From Macrostomum hystrix (Eukaryota > Animalia > Platyhelminthes), in contig CATNEN010000035.1 of assembly GCA_950097015.1 (NCBI GenBank), forward strand, positions 310,001 to 374,000: a DNA stretch of 64,000 bases. The letters are read 5' to 3'. A program made the translations under genes and the position numbers. Under the pieces are notes generated by a model, which ran no database searches, was not told where the DNA came from, and worked only from the letters and a program-made list of their open reading frames with translations. This document shows, piece after piece, positions 27,301 through 40,200 of this stretch. Position 1 is the stretch's first letter. Each line of letters begins with the position of its first letter.

Positions 27301-27360
27301 GACGAGTTGAAGATGATTTTGCTGCAGCAGAGCCGCCTCGCCAACCAGATGGGATTGTGA
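18355..27360 (+). CDS. Cbp53E: Calbindin-32/calretinin-family hexa-EF-hand Ca2+-binding protein, 316 aa. Exons: 18355-18532, 20957-21042, 21349-21438, 21975-22061, 22829-22885, 23273-23350, 24421-24476, 24734-24779, 25968-26024, 26110-26181, 27217-27360
   Basis: The spliced product is 951 nt, in frame, with canonical splice sites. It reads ...[28 protein letters not shown]...[44 protein letters not shown]...[31 protein letters not shown]..., closely matching the Drosophila Cbp53E/calbindin-32 pattern. An AATAAA lies at ~27491. Confidence 0.95.
18549..19921. repeat. G-rich minisatellite, 24-bp unit GTGTCACTGGCTGAGGGGTGGAGG interleaved with variant GTGTCATTGACTGATGGGAGGAGG
   Basis: Starts 16 nt after the donor of calbindin exon 1; same unit as 32054-32370. 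Confidence 0.97.
20420..20770. repeat. Degenerate 20-bp minisatellite GTGACATTATCTATCAATCA
   Basis: Four near-perfect copies followed by decayed copies, in calbindin intron 1. Confidence 0.85.
22190..22716. repeat. Minisatellite, 16/18-bp units GGGAAGTGAAACTTCA / GGGAAAAGTAAAACTTCA
   Basis: Tandem copies in calbindin intron 4. Confidence 0.95.
23375..23725. repeat. Minisatellite, ~16-bp unit GTCTCATCTCTCCC(CA/GT)
   Basis: Tandem copies just after the donor of calbindin exon 6. Confidence 0.93.
24835..25880. repeat. Higher-order repeat: ~160-bp unit of six 26-27-bp monomers (CACTCCCTACCCGAGAACAGCCACCC-like)
   Basis: The variant monomer ACCTCACTCCCTAACCCAAGAG recurs at 24859, 25019 and 25178. 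Confidence 0.9.
26215..27125. repeat. Minisatellite, 17-bp unit TTTGAGAATGTCAGCTA
   Basis: Tandem copies in calbindin intron 10. Confidence 0.95.
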
Positions 27361-27536
27361 AACGGCGCCTGCACCGGTCTTTACTTTTTCTAGCCCCAGT
27401 AATCCAGCTCAAACTTCGATCCCAAACAAACAGCTTTTTTTCATTGAACACAAATGAAGTTAAATGAATGGTTTTTTAATTAAATGCTTCAATAAAGACC
27501 TAGCCATTTGACTCACAGATTAATAAAATCGAAAGG

Positions 27537-28570
27537 ATCTCATGGATCTCATACATCTCATGGATCTCATGGATCTCATGGATCTCATACATCTCATGGA
27601 TCTCATGGATCTCATACAACTCATGGATCTCATGGATCTCATGGATCTCATACATCTCATGGATCTCATGGATCTCATGGATCTCATACATCTCATGGAT
27701 CTCATGGATCTCATGGATCTCATACAACTCATGAATCTCATGGATCTCATGGATCTCATACAACTCATGGATCTCATACAACTCATGGATCTCATGGATC
27801 TCATACAACTCATGGATCTCATACAACTCATGGATCTCATGGATCTCATGGATCTCATACAACTCATGGATCTCATACAACTCATGGATCTCATGGATCT
27901 CATGGATCTCATACAACTCATGGATCTCATACAACTCATGGATCTCATGGATCTCATACATCTCATGGATCTCATGGATCTCATGGATCTCATACAACTC
28001 ATGGATCTCATGGATCTCATGGATCTCATACAACTCATGGATCTCATGGATCTCATGGATCTCATACAACTCATGGATCTCATGGATCTCATGGATCTCA
28101 TACAACTCATGGATCTCATGGATCTCATGGATCTCATACAACTCATGGATCTCATGGATCTCATGGATCTCATACATCTCATGGATCTCATGGATCTCAT
28201 GGATCTCATACAACTCATGGATCTCATGGATCTCATGGATCTCATACAACTCATGGATCTCATGGATCTCATGGATCTCATACAACTCATGGATCTCATG
28301 GATCTCATGGATCTCATACAACTCATGGATCTCATACAACTCATGGATCTCATGGATCTCATACATCTCATGGATCTCATGGATCCGTGGATCTTATCGA
28401 TCTCATGGATCTCATAGATCTCATGGATCTCATGGATCTCATAGATCTCATACATCTCATGGATCTCATGGATCTTATCGATCTCATACATCTCATGCAT
28501 CTTATTAATCTCATAGAGACCCCATGGATTTCACAGATCTCATGTATTGCATGGATCCTATGGATCCTAT
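27537..28570. repeat. 9-bp two-variant minisatellite (CATGGATCT / CATACA(A/T)CT)
   Basis: Tandem copies downstream of the calbindin poly(A) signal; explains four spurious ORFs. Confidence 0.97.
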
Positions 28571-28904
28571 AGACCATTTGGGATCATGAATCTACGAGTA
28601 ATTGGATAAAAAGTCGGTTTATATTATCTACCTAAAATTTGCATGATCTTTGTGTGACATGTTCTATTATTTTTGCTTTCTACAAATGTAACAGCTTTTC
28701 TCATGGCACATATACGTAAACTTATTTCATTACTACGCTCATATTTGTTGCTAACAAATAAAATAAGTTTTCAATCTCTGGAGTTATTACGTTATTTCAT
28801 CGAAGCCATTCTACTTGTGAGACTAGCATTGTGCTCTGTCAGTTGCATGCTTGTAGTTCTGCTCTTTTTCATTTTCGCTAGATGTACAAAAGTCTGTAGT
28901 CTGT

Positions 28905-29685
28905 CTCTGTGACAGAGAGAGTCAGTTGTGAAAGAGAGAGTCAGTTGTGACAGAGAGAGTCAGTTGTGAAAGAGAGAGGGTCTGTTGTTACAGAGAGAGT
29001 CAGTTGTGACAGAGAGAGAGAGTCTGTTGTGACAGAGAGAGAGAGAGTCTGTTGTGACAGAGAGAGAGAGAGTCTGTTGTGACAGAGAGAGTCTGTTGTG
29101 ACAGAGAGAGAGTCAGTTGTGACAGAGAGAGTGTGTCAGGACAGAGAGAGTCAGTTATGACAGAGAGAGTCAGTTGTGACAGAGAGAGTCTGTTGTGACA
29201 GAGAGAGAGTCAGTTGTGACAGAGAGAGTGTGTCAGGACAGAGAGAGTCAGTTATGACAGAGAGAGTCTGTTGTGAAATAGAGAGAGTCTGTTGTGACAG
29301 AGAGAGTCAGTTGTGACAGAGAGGGAGAGTCTGTTGTTACAGAGAGAGAGTCAGTTGTGACAGAGAGAGAGTCTGTTGTTACAGAGAGAGAGTCTGTTGT
29401 GACAGAGAGAGAGTCTGTTGTGACAGAGAGAGTCAGTTGTGACAGAGAGGGAGAGTCTGTTGTTACAGAGAGAGAGTCAGTTGTGACAGAGAGAGAGAGA
29501 GTCTGTTGTGACAGAGAGAGAGAGTCTGTTGTTACAGAGAGAGTCAGTTGTGAAAGAGAGAGTCTGTTGTGACAGAGAGAGAGTGTCTGTTGTTACAGAG
29601 AGAGTCTGTTGTGACAGAGAGAGAGTCAGTTTTGACAGAGAGAGAGAGTCTGTTGTGACAGAGAGGAGTCTGTTGTGACAGAGAT
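28905..29685. repeat. Minisatellite GACAGAGAGAGAGTC(T/A)GTTGT with variable (AG)n
   Basis: Tandem copies of 19-25 bp. Confidence 0.95.
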
Positions 29686-30035
29686 TTTGTTCAATCGCGC
29701 ACATCATCAATGCGTCGCACTGTTCGTCTCCATGACTAACGCACGCAGAAAGCGGCATTAAACAAAAGGCCACGCCCAATAGGACATGCAGGTTTGCTTG
29801 GATGCTTAATTGCTGGTATAAGGTCACAATATATTTACCTTTGAGAAGAAGCGGACAGACAAATAGAAATGAGGGCTTTCATCTGTGAGCCTTTGAATGA
29901 AATCTGTTCTGGGAAATGCCACAGTGCTTGACTGACGCACAGAAGGTATGTGTACAATTATCAAAACTTTAAATATACTCGTAGCTTCATATCGATTGAT
30001 AAATGTATGTACAACAGTGTGATTCCAAAGGCTAT

Positions 30036-30128
30036 GTACAGCTGTTCAGTCCATGGACTGGGGAGGCAGTCATACCTATCCAAACTTCTACCCCAGCTGA
30101 TACTGGCACCTATTTTACATCGCTAGGG
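30036..30128 (-). mobile_element. SINE remnant related to the element at 43981-44300
   Basis: Shares GTACAG..TTCAGTCCATGGACTGGGG and CCCAGCT.AT.CTGG.ACC.ATTT.A.A..GCT.GGG with 44062-44177. Confidence 0.6.
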
Positions 30129-31280
30129 AATAAATACGAGCTTGTCTCGCTCAAGCGCGAATAGCGAGCAAAAGAGAAAGGCATTCAATTCAGACTACTT
30201 ACAGTAGAAAAGTAAGAAAATTACTTAAAATTATAAGCGGCACGCCAATTGCCAACCGATACTGTTAAATTGCCTTAATTCTAGAGCCTAAGTAGAGAAA
30301 AAATATGACTCTACATTTCTCATTTGTTTAAATCGGTTTTATTACAAAACGAATCGACAATTAGAAACCGCCCGTAAATAATAATAAGCTAATCCTTTTC
30401 TGACTTGAGGACTAGAAACAGATTAGCTGCAAGGACGTTCCCTTGGCTCCCTAATCCTCTGGAACAGACTGGGATGTTTAGACTGCAGTACGGCTGCAGT
30501 GTATGAGTTGAACTGCAGGACGATCTGCATGACTGAGCACACACTCACACACGCACAATCAGCGCATAGAGCATGTCTGCAAGCTCCAAAAATAGATCTT
30601 AGGCACAGAGCGATAGCGCAATGTGTTCGTTTGTAGCGCATTTGTTTGTCTTTCATTTTAGCTTTAAAATGCCATCCAAAAAATACAGCCTGAGATGGAA
30701 CTGAGATACAACTGTCAGCGGGCTTATAATTATCCTATTGTTCTCAAGAGGCTCTCTGAAAAATTCAAATGAATAACTAACTAAAAAACAAATATTGACT
30801 TTCATTTGTCTTCAAAAAAGAAGGCAGATTCGGATAGAGAAAGTGCCATACTTATTATGAAGACCAGACAAAGCAAGTACCTGAAGCTGTTCCAAGACTT
30901 CAAGGCCCTATAAATTTTCCTTTCTTACTGAGCTTAAGCATCTAGTGGGAGGGAGAGAGAGGCAGAGTAAAGGGGGAACTCAGGGGAGTTTGAGGCGGCA
31001 TGAAGGCCTGCTTACAAACGCGGCAGGATTGGTCAGGGGAGCGAATGGTAAATCACGTCAGGTGCAGGAGGCACTGCAACACTACCCGCGACCCTCCCTC
31101 TCCCTCTCTTCCTCAATCTTGATCTTCTCTTGAATAAAAATAATAATAAAAGCCGGGACCTCTATGCGTACTCAACTCCTGTCTGCAGTCACCTAACTGA
31201 TTCTGAGTCGGCCGGCGATCTATCTTTAACCCCCAGGTCTCATTCTTAATAAGATTAGGACTAGACTTGAGGAGTGAGAC

Positions 31281-34200
31281 ATGGCACAGGCACAGCTGGC
31301 GCAGGAGGGCAACACCATAGCATTTGCCTACCTGCGGCCACTCAAACTGCGCAAGAAACAATTCTTTGTTTTGCGCTCCCAGCCGAGACCAGCGCTTTGG
31401 GAGCAGCAGCAGCAGCAACTCCATCAGCAGCTGCCAGAAAGCATGAAAGATTTTTTTCTGTACGTTTACAAAACTGAGAAGCATTATCAGAAGAAGCAGG
31501 CGCTCAGAGTATACAACATGAGCGGTCTCATCCTGCTGACTCGGTGCAGCAAGAAAGAAAATCTGACAGTGCTGGGCATCTGCTTCCAGGAGGACGCGCT
31601 GTTTCTGCGATTCGACACCGAGGACGAACTCAACCGGTGAGCGAAGGTCGGAAGAGGGGTTAGTCCAATCAGCTTACAATCTCTGATCACCTGTCCCTAT
31701 CTCCACACCCGCATTGCCAATTTAGCTGGTACTTTCACCTGAGCAAGATCCACACTTTGAAGAGAAACTTCCGCTGGCCAGAGCTCACCCACTGCTTCAG
31801 CGTGCTGCTCAGGCCCAGAGATTTGGCCGCCCCGGCCAGCGGTAGGAAAATGGTCAGGCCGGATTTAGCCGGGCCATACAGACTGTGCCTCACAGACTGC
31901 GCTCTGTTGCTGGTGCGGGACAGCCTGCTGGACCCAGCCATGGCTCTGCCCTACCGCTGCATTCGATCCTGCGTTCACTCGGTCAATGCCTGCTTCTTCC
32001 AGATCCACCTGGGCCGCCTCAGCCCCATTGGCGAGGGCGTGCTGCACTTCGAGGTGAGCGAGGGGTGGAGGGTGTCACTGGCTGAGGGGTGGAGGGTGTC
32101 ACTGGCTGAGGGGTGGAGGGTGTCACTGGCTGAGGGGTGGAGGGTGTCACTGGCTGAGGGGTGGAGGGTGTCACTGGCTGAGGGGTGGAGGGTGTCACTG
32201 GCTGAGGGGTGGAGGGTGTCACTGGCTGAGGGGTGGAGGGTGTCACTGGCTGAGGGGTGGAGGGTGTCACTGGCTGAGGGGTGGAGGGTGTCACTGGCTG
32301 AGGGGTGGAGGGTGTCACTGGCTGAGGGGTGGGTGTCACTGGCTGAGGGGTGGGTGTCACTGGCTGAGGGCTAGACGGTGTCGTCAAAGAAATATTTCAT
32401 TTCAGCATTGCCCCAAAGCTTAAATTTAAAAATATTTTAGGAAATAGGAATGTATTTCTTTATTTCCATGTGGCAAAAACATTTTTCCACTAAAACAACA
32501 AGAAAAGCAAGGATTTTTAGGTCTTCCTTTGCATTCTAAGGTAGCCTTTTAATATCGAGACAAATAAATTCTTAAGCTGTCGACCCACTTTCCTGAAACC
32601 TTATAACTATTTGTTTTGCGAATAAGAAAAGCTCGAGTTTAACTTTTTTTACACAGCAGACAGTTGACCTGTTTAACTCCACGTCTCATTCTTAATAAGA
32701 TTAGGACTTCGTAAAGCCAGACTTGAGGAGTGAGATATGGCACAGGCACAGCTGCTGCAGGAGGTGAGAATACTCACAGAATACTCACCTGTTAGACAGA
32801 ATATTCACCTGTTAGACAGAATACTCACCTGCTAACAGAATATTCACCAGTAAGACAGAATACTCACCTGTTAGACAGAATATTCACCTGTTAGACTCAA
32901 TATTCACCTGTTAGACAGAATACTCACCAGTAAGACAGAATACTCACCAGTAAGACAGAATATTCACCTGTTAGACAGAATACTCACCTGTTAGACAGAA
33001 TACTCACCAGTAAGACAGAATATTCACCAGTAAGACAGAATACTCACCTGTTAGACAGAATACTCACCAGTAAGACAGAATATTCACCAGTAAGACAGAA
33101 TATTCACCAGTAAGACAGAATACTCACCTGTTAAACAGAATACTCACCTGTTAGACAGAATACTCACCAGTAAGACAGAATATTCACCAGTAAGACAGAA
33201 TACTCACCTGTTAGACAGAATACTCACCAGTAAGACAGAATATTCACCTGTTAGACAGAATACTCACCTGTTAGACAGAATACTCACCAGTAAGACAGAA
33301 TATTCACCAGTAAGACAGAATACTCACCTGTTAGACAGAATACTCACCAGTAAGACAGAATATTCACCTGTTAGACAGAATACTCAACCTGTTAGACAGA
33401 ATATTCACCTGTTAGACAGAATACTCAACCTGTTAGACAGAATATTCACCTGTTAGACAGAATACTCAACCTGTTAGACAGAATACTCACCTGTTAGACA
33501 GAATACTCACCAGTAAGACAGAATATTCACCTGTTAGACAGAATACTCAACCTGTTAGACAGAATACTCACCTGTTAGACAGAATACTCACCAGTAAGAC
33601 AGAATATTCACCTGTTAGACAGAATACTCAACCTGTTAGACAGAATATTCACCTGTTAGACAGAATACTCAACCTGTTAGACAGAATACTCACCTGTTAG
33701 ACAGAATACTCACCAGTAAGACAGAATATTCACCTGTTAGACAGAATACTCAACCTGTTAGACAGAATATTCACCTGTTAGACAGAATACTCAACCTGTT
33801 AGACAGAATACTCACCTGTTAGACAGAATACTCACCAGTAAGACAGAATATTCACCTGTTAGACAGAATACTCAACCTGTTAGACAGAATACTCACCTGT
33901 TAGACAGAATACTCACCAGTAAGACAGAATATTCACCTGTTAGACAGAATACTCAACCTGTTAGACAGAATATTCACCTGTTAGACAGAATACTCAACCT
34001 GTTAGACAGAATACTCACCTGTTAGACAGAATACTCACCAGTAAGACAGAATATTCACCTGTTAGACAGAATACTCAACCTGTTAGACAGAATATTCACC
34101 TGTTAGACAGAATACTCAACCTGTTAGACAGAATACTCACCTGTTAGACAGAATACTCACCAGTAAGACAGAATATTCACCAGTAAGACAGAATACTCAC

Positions 34201-37200
34201 CTGTTAGACAGAATACTCACCTGTTAGACAGAATACTCACCAGTAAGACAGAATATTCACCAGTAAGACAGAATACTCACCTGTTAGACAGAATACTCAC
34301 CAGTAAGACAGAATATTCACCTGTTAGACAGAATACTCAACCTGTTAGACAGAATATTCACCTGTTAGACAGAATACTCAACCTGTTAGACAGAATACTC
34401 ACCTGTTAGACAGAATACTCACCAGTAAGACAGAATATTCACCTGTTAGACAGAATACTCACCAGTAAGACAGAATACTCACCTGTTTGTGGGCCATCGC
34501 AACTGCTCCGCAGGCCGAGCAGGTTTCAATGATGAAGGAGATCGTTGATGCCCTGATGCGCTGTCTAAATAAAGCTAGCAACAACAGATTGCAGCAACAG
34601 CAACAGCATCAGCATTATCAGCAGCAGCAGCAGCAGCCGCAGCAGCAGCTTCCAATTCCCAATGCATCACCATCGTCCAGTTCAACTGATGAAGTCAAGG
34701 TGAAAGTCAGGGCTGAATTCAACAGCAGACGGCACTCCAAGGATGTCTTAAGCGTACTGCGGCAGGACATTCAGCAGAGAGCCAGTCGGCTTGTTCGACG
34801 CAGCAGTGCTGCCATATTTAGTACAAAGAGTTCCGAGTGAGATTGAAAAGAAAGCATTGAACTTTGTGATTTGGGATCTGGGTGTGATATTTGACGCATA
34901 TTTAGACATGAGATCTACGGACCAAGATGGGATCATTAAAAGAAATTGGGATCTAGAATCCAGATGGGATCATGAAAAGAAATTGGGATCTAGAATTCAG
35001 ATGGGATCATTAAAAGAAATTGGGATCTAGAATCTGGATGGGATCATTGAAAGAAATTGGGATCTGGGAACAGGATGGGATCATTGAAAGAAATTGGGAT
35101 CTAGAATCTGGATGGGATCATTAAAAGAAATTGGGATCTAGAATCTGGATGGGATCATTAAAAGAAATTGGGATCTAGAATCCCGATGGGATCATTGAAA
35201 GAAATTGGGATCTGGGAACAGGATGGGATCATTGAAAGAAATTGGGATCTAGAATCCCGATGGGATCATTGAAAGAAATTGGGATCTGGGAACAGGATGG
35301 GATCATTGAAAGAAATTAGGATCCAAGATTCTCTAGGATTTTAACAGGAGTTGGGATACTATATTTCAGTTGGGAACTAGGATTTTTGACAGAAATCCAG
35401 ATCTGGACACGGGATGCGATCTTTAGTTAAAATTGAGAAATTTTGGTGCGATATAACAAAAACCATTAAACACTAATGCCAGCGCCTCGAGCTCCTGCGC
35501 CGACCAAGTTCGCAACTCCATCGTGCTGTCCGGAGCGCTCGAGTGCGGCCACCGCTCCTCCAGTCAGCCGCTGCCGCTGCTGCCACCAGAGTCGGCCTCC
35601 AAGGACGAGTATCTCGACCTCAGCCTGACAGCCGGAAGCAGAACCTCCCTGCTGACAAAGGTCAGTCGAAACAGTCAGCAGCAGCAGGTGGACACGGGCA
35701 GCCAGTCGCCTAGCTCACTGTCTTCACTGTCCGTGTGCGGAGCTGGCGCCTGCGGTAACGACTGCTACAATTCGCGTGAGACTGGGGCGGGTTGATTGGT
35801 TGTCATCTTGCACTTTTAGTCCTTCTTCTTCTGATATTTTGATTGGCTGTCATTTTTATTGGTTGTCTTTTCATCTTCAGTTACTTTGATTGGTTGTCAT
35901 TTTCTTCAGTCATTTTGATTGGTTGTCACCTTCACCTTCTTCAGTTACTTTGATTGGTTGTCATCTTCTTTAGTTACTTTGATTGGTTGTCACCTTCTTC
36001 AGTTACTTTGATTGGTTGTCATCTTCATCAGTTACTTTGATTGGTTGTCATCTTCATCAGTCACTTTGATTGGTTGTCACCTTCTTCAGTTACTTTGATT
36101 GGTTGTCATTTTCTTCTGTCACTTTGATTGGTTGTCACCTTCTTCAGTTACTTTGATTGGTTGTCATTTTCTTCTGTCACTTTGATTGGTTCTCATCTTC
36201 TTCAGTTACTTTGATTGGTTGTCATCTTCTTCAGTCACTTTGATTGGTTGTCATCTTCTTCAGTTAATTTGATTGGTTGTCATCTTCTTCAGTTAATTTG
36301 ATTGGTTGTCATCTTCTTCAGTCACTTTGATTGGTTGTCATCTTCTTCAGTTCATTTGATTGGTTGTCATCTTCTTCAGTTAATTTGATTGGTTGTCATC
36401 TTCTTCAGTCACTTTGATTGGTTGTCATCTTCTTCAGTTCATTTGATTGGCTGTCATCTTCTTCAGTTACTTTGATTGGTTGTCATTTTCTTCAGTCATT
36501 TTGATTGGTTGTCATTTTCTTCAGTTACTTTGATTGGTTGTCATCTTCTTCAGTCACTTTGATTGGTTGTCATCTTCTTCAGTTACTTTGATTGGTTGTC
36601 ATTTTCTTCAGTTAATTTGATTGGTTGTCATTTTCTTCAGTCACTTTGATTGGTTGTCACCTTCTTCAGTTACTTTGATTGGTTGTCATTTTCTTCTGTC
36701 ACTTTGATTGGTTCTCATCTTCTTCAGTTACTTTGATTGGTTGTCATTTTCTTCAGTTAATTTGATTGGTTGTCATCTTCTTCAGTTACTTTGATTGGTT
36801 GTCATTTTCTTCAGTTAATTTGATTGGTTGTCATTTTCTTCAGTCACTTTGATTGGTTGTCATTTTCTTCAGTCGCTTTGATTGGTTGTCATCTTCTTCA
36901 GTCACTTTGATTGGTTGTCATCTTCTTCAGTTAATTTGATTGGTTGTCATCTTCTTCAGTCACTTTGATTGGTTGTCATCTTCTTCAGTTCATTTGATTG
37001 GCTGTCATCTTCTTCAGTTAATTTGATTGGTTGTCATCTTCTTCAGTTAATTTTATTGGTTGTCATCTTCTTCAGTCACTTTGATTGGTTGTCATCTTCT
37101 TCAGTTAATTTGATTGGTTGTCATCTTCTTCAGTTAATTTGATTGGTTGTCATCTTCTTCAGGCACTTTGATTGGTTGTCATCTTCTTCAGTTCATTTGA

Positions 37201-40200
37201 TTGGTTGTCATTTTCTTCAGTCATTTTGATTGGTTGTCATTGGAGCATTGAACAGTTTTTTTAACTAATCTCATTCTGTATTGTCTTCATGTGGGCGTGA
37301 GTTAGTCAAGCAAATATATTTTTAATGCTTCCACTGCATTTCGCTACTTTCATTTCTCAAAACAGGATTGATTAGCATGTAATTAACCTTGCAGCCTCCC
37401 ACAAGAACAACATTATCGGCACGGGGGAGCTGAATAGAAAAGTACATTTCAGCTTTTGGGAATGAAAACAGTCAACAGGAACCGTGGATTTATCCCTCTA
37501 AAGCAAGAACTAATTCCGGCTTCTCATTCAATGATGCTCGAGGCTTATTTTTGTCCAAAGATGCACAGCTTCTCTGTAATTAAATGCACGAGGGCCGGCA
37601 GCTGTTTCATTTGCGTCAGGCTGGGAATATTTCTTAGAAAGGATGCAGCACCTGCGTCTGCATAAAGCACGCTTTTTGAGTAAAATTTTAGGGAAAATTT
37701 TCCCTATGATGAGCAAATTTGAAATCTAACTCATTGTTGCCATAGAAACTTACGAAAGTGGATTGAAATTCGAGCTTAAGGAATTCTAGATATAGAAACT
37801 GAGGGGATCGTTAGAGAACTGAAGGGATTGTTAGTGAACTGAGGGGAATTTTCGTGAACTGAGGGGATCGCTAGTGAACTGAGGGAATTGTTAGTGAACT
37901 GAGGGGATCGTTAGAGAACAGAAGGGATTGTTAGTGAACTGAGGGGATCGTTAGAGAACTGAAGGGATTGTTAGTGAACTGAGGGGATTGTTAGTGAACT
38001 GAGGGGTTTGTTAGTGAACTGAGGGGATTGTTAGTGAACTGAGGGGATTGTTAGTGAACTGAGGGGTTTGTTAGTGAACTGAGGGGATTGTTAGCGAACT
38101 GAGGGGATTGTTAGTGAACTGAGGGGATTGTTAGTGAACTGAGGGGTTTGTTAGTGAACTGAGGGGATTGTTCGCGAACTGAGGGGATTGTTAGTGAACT
38201 GAAGGGATTGTTAGTGAACTGAGGGGTTTGTTAGTGAACTGAGGGGTTTGTTAGTGAACTGAGGGGTTTGTTAGCGAACTGAGGGGATTGTTAGTGAACT
38301 GAGGGGATTGCTAGTGAACTGAGGGGTTTGTTAGTGAACTGAGGGGATTGCTAGTGAACTGAGGGGATTGCTAGTGAACTGAGGGGTTTGTTAGTGAACT
38401 GAGGGGTTTGTTAGTGAACTGAGGGGTTTGTTAGTGAACTGAGGGGTTTGTTAGCGAACTGAAGGGATTGCTAGTGAACTGAGGGGTTTGTTAGAGAACT
38501 GAGGGGTTTGTTAGCGAACTGAGGGGATTGTTAGTGAACTGAGGGGATTGCTAGTGAACTGAGGGGTTTGTTAGTGAACTGAGGGGATTGCTAGTGAACT
38601 GAGGGGATTGCTAGTGAACTGAGGGGTTTGTTAGTGAACTGAGGGGTTTGTTAGAGAACTGAGGGGTTTGTTAGTGAACTGAGGGGTTTGTTAGTGAACT
38701 GAGGGGTTTGCTAGCGAACTGAAGGGATTGCTAGTGAACTGAGGGGTTTGTTAGAGAACTGAGGGGTTTGTTAGCGAACTGAGGGGATTGTTAGTGAACT
38801 GAGGGGATTGCTAGTGAACTGAGGGGTTTGTTAGTGAACTGAGGGGATTGCTAGTGAACTGAGTGGTTTGTTAGTGAACTGAGGGGATTGCTAGTGAACT
38901 GAAGGGATTGCTAGTGAACTGAGGGGTTTGTTAGAGAACTGAGGGGTTTGTTAGCGAACTGAGGGGATTGTTAGTGAACTGAGGGGATTGCTAGTGAACT
39001 GAGGGGATTGTTAGAGAACTGAGGGGTTTGTTAGCGAACTGAGGGGTTTGTTAGTGAACTGAGGGGATTGTTAGTGAACTGAGGGGATCGTTAGAGAACT
39101 GAGGGGATTGTTAGTGAACTGAGGGGATTGTTAGTGAACTGAGGGGTTTGTTAGTGAACTGAGGGGATTGTTAGTGAACTGAGGGGATTGTTAGTGAACT
39201 GAGGGGTTTGTTAGTGAACTGAGGGGATTGTTAGAGAACTGAGGGGTTTGTTAGTGAACTGAGGGGTTTGTTAGTGAACTGAGGGGTTTGTTAGCGAACT
39301 GAAGGGATTGCTAGTGAACTGAGGGGTTTGTTAGAGAACTGAGGGGTTTGTTAGCGAACTGAGGGGATTGTTAGTGAACTGAGGGGATTGCTAGTGAACT
39401 GAGGGGTTTGTTAGTGAACTGAGGGGATTGCTAGTGAACTGAGTGGTTTGTTAGTGAACTGAGGGGATTGCTAGTGAACTGAAGGGATTGCTAGTGAACT
39501 GAGGGGTTTGTCAGAGAACTGAGGGGTTTGTTAGTGAACTGAGGGGATTGCTAGTGAACTGAGGGGATTGTTAGAGAACTGAGGGGATTGCTAGTGAACT
39601 GAGGGGTTTGTTAGCGAACTGAGGGGATTGCTAGTGAACTGAGGGGATTGCTAGTGAACTGAGGGGTTTGTTAGTGAACTGAGGGGATTGCTAGTGAACT
39701 GAAGGGATTGCTAGTGAACTGAGGGGTTTGTTAGAGAACTGAGGGGTTTGTTAGCGAACTGAGGGGATTGTTAGTGAACTGAGGGGATTGCTAGTGAACT
39801 GAGGGGATTGTTAGAGAACTGAGGGGTTTGTTAGCGAACTGAGGGGTTTGTTAGTGAACTGAGGGGATTGTTAGTGAACTGAGGGGATCGTTAGAGAACT
39901 GAGGGGATTGTTAGTGAACTGAGGGGATTGTTAGTGAACTGAGGGGATTGCTAGTGAACTGAGGGGTTTGTTAGCGAACTGAGGGGATTGCTAGTGAACT
40001 GAGGGGATTGTTAGTGAACTGAGGGGATTGCTAGTGAACTGAAGGGATTGCTAGTGAACTGAGGGGTTTGTTAGCTAACTGAGGGGTTTGTTAGTGAACT
40101 GAGGGGATTGTTAGTGAACTGAGGGGATTGCTAGTGATCTGAGGGAATTGTTAGTGAACTGAGGGGATTGTTAGTGAACTGAGGGGATTGCTAGTGAACT

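Noticed and set aside
37390-37450. Possible extra IRS exon (GCAG|CCTCCCACAAGAAC..)
   Set aside because: There is no convincing donor before the stop, and exon 4 joins exon 5 in frame without it.
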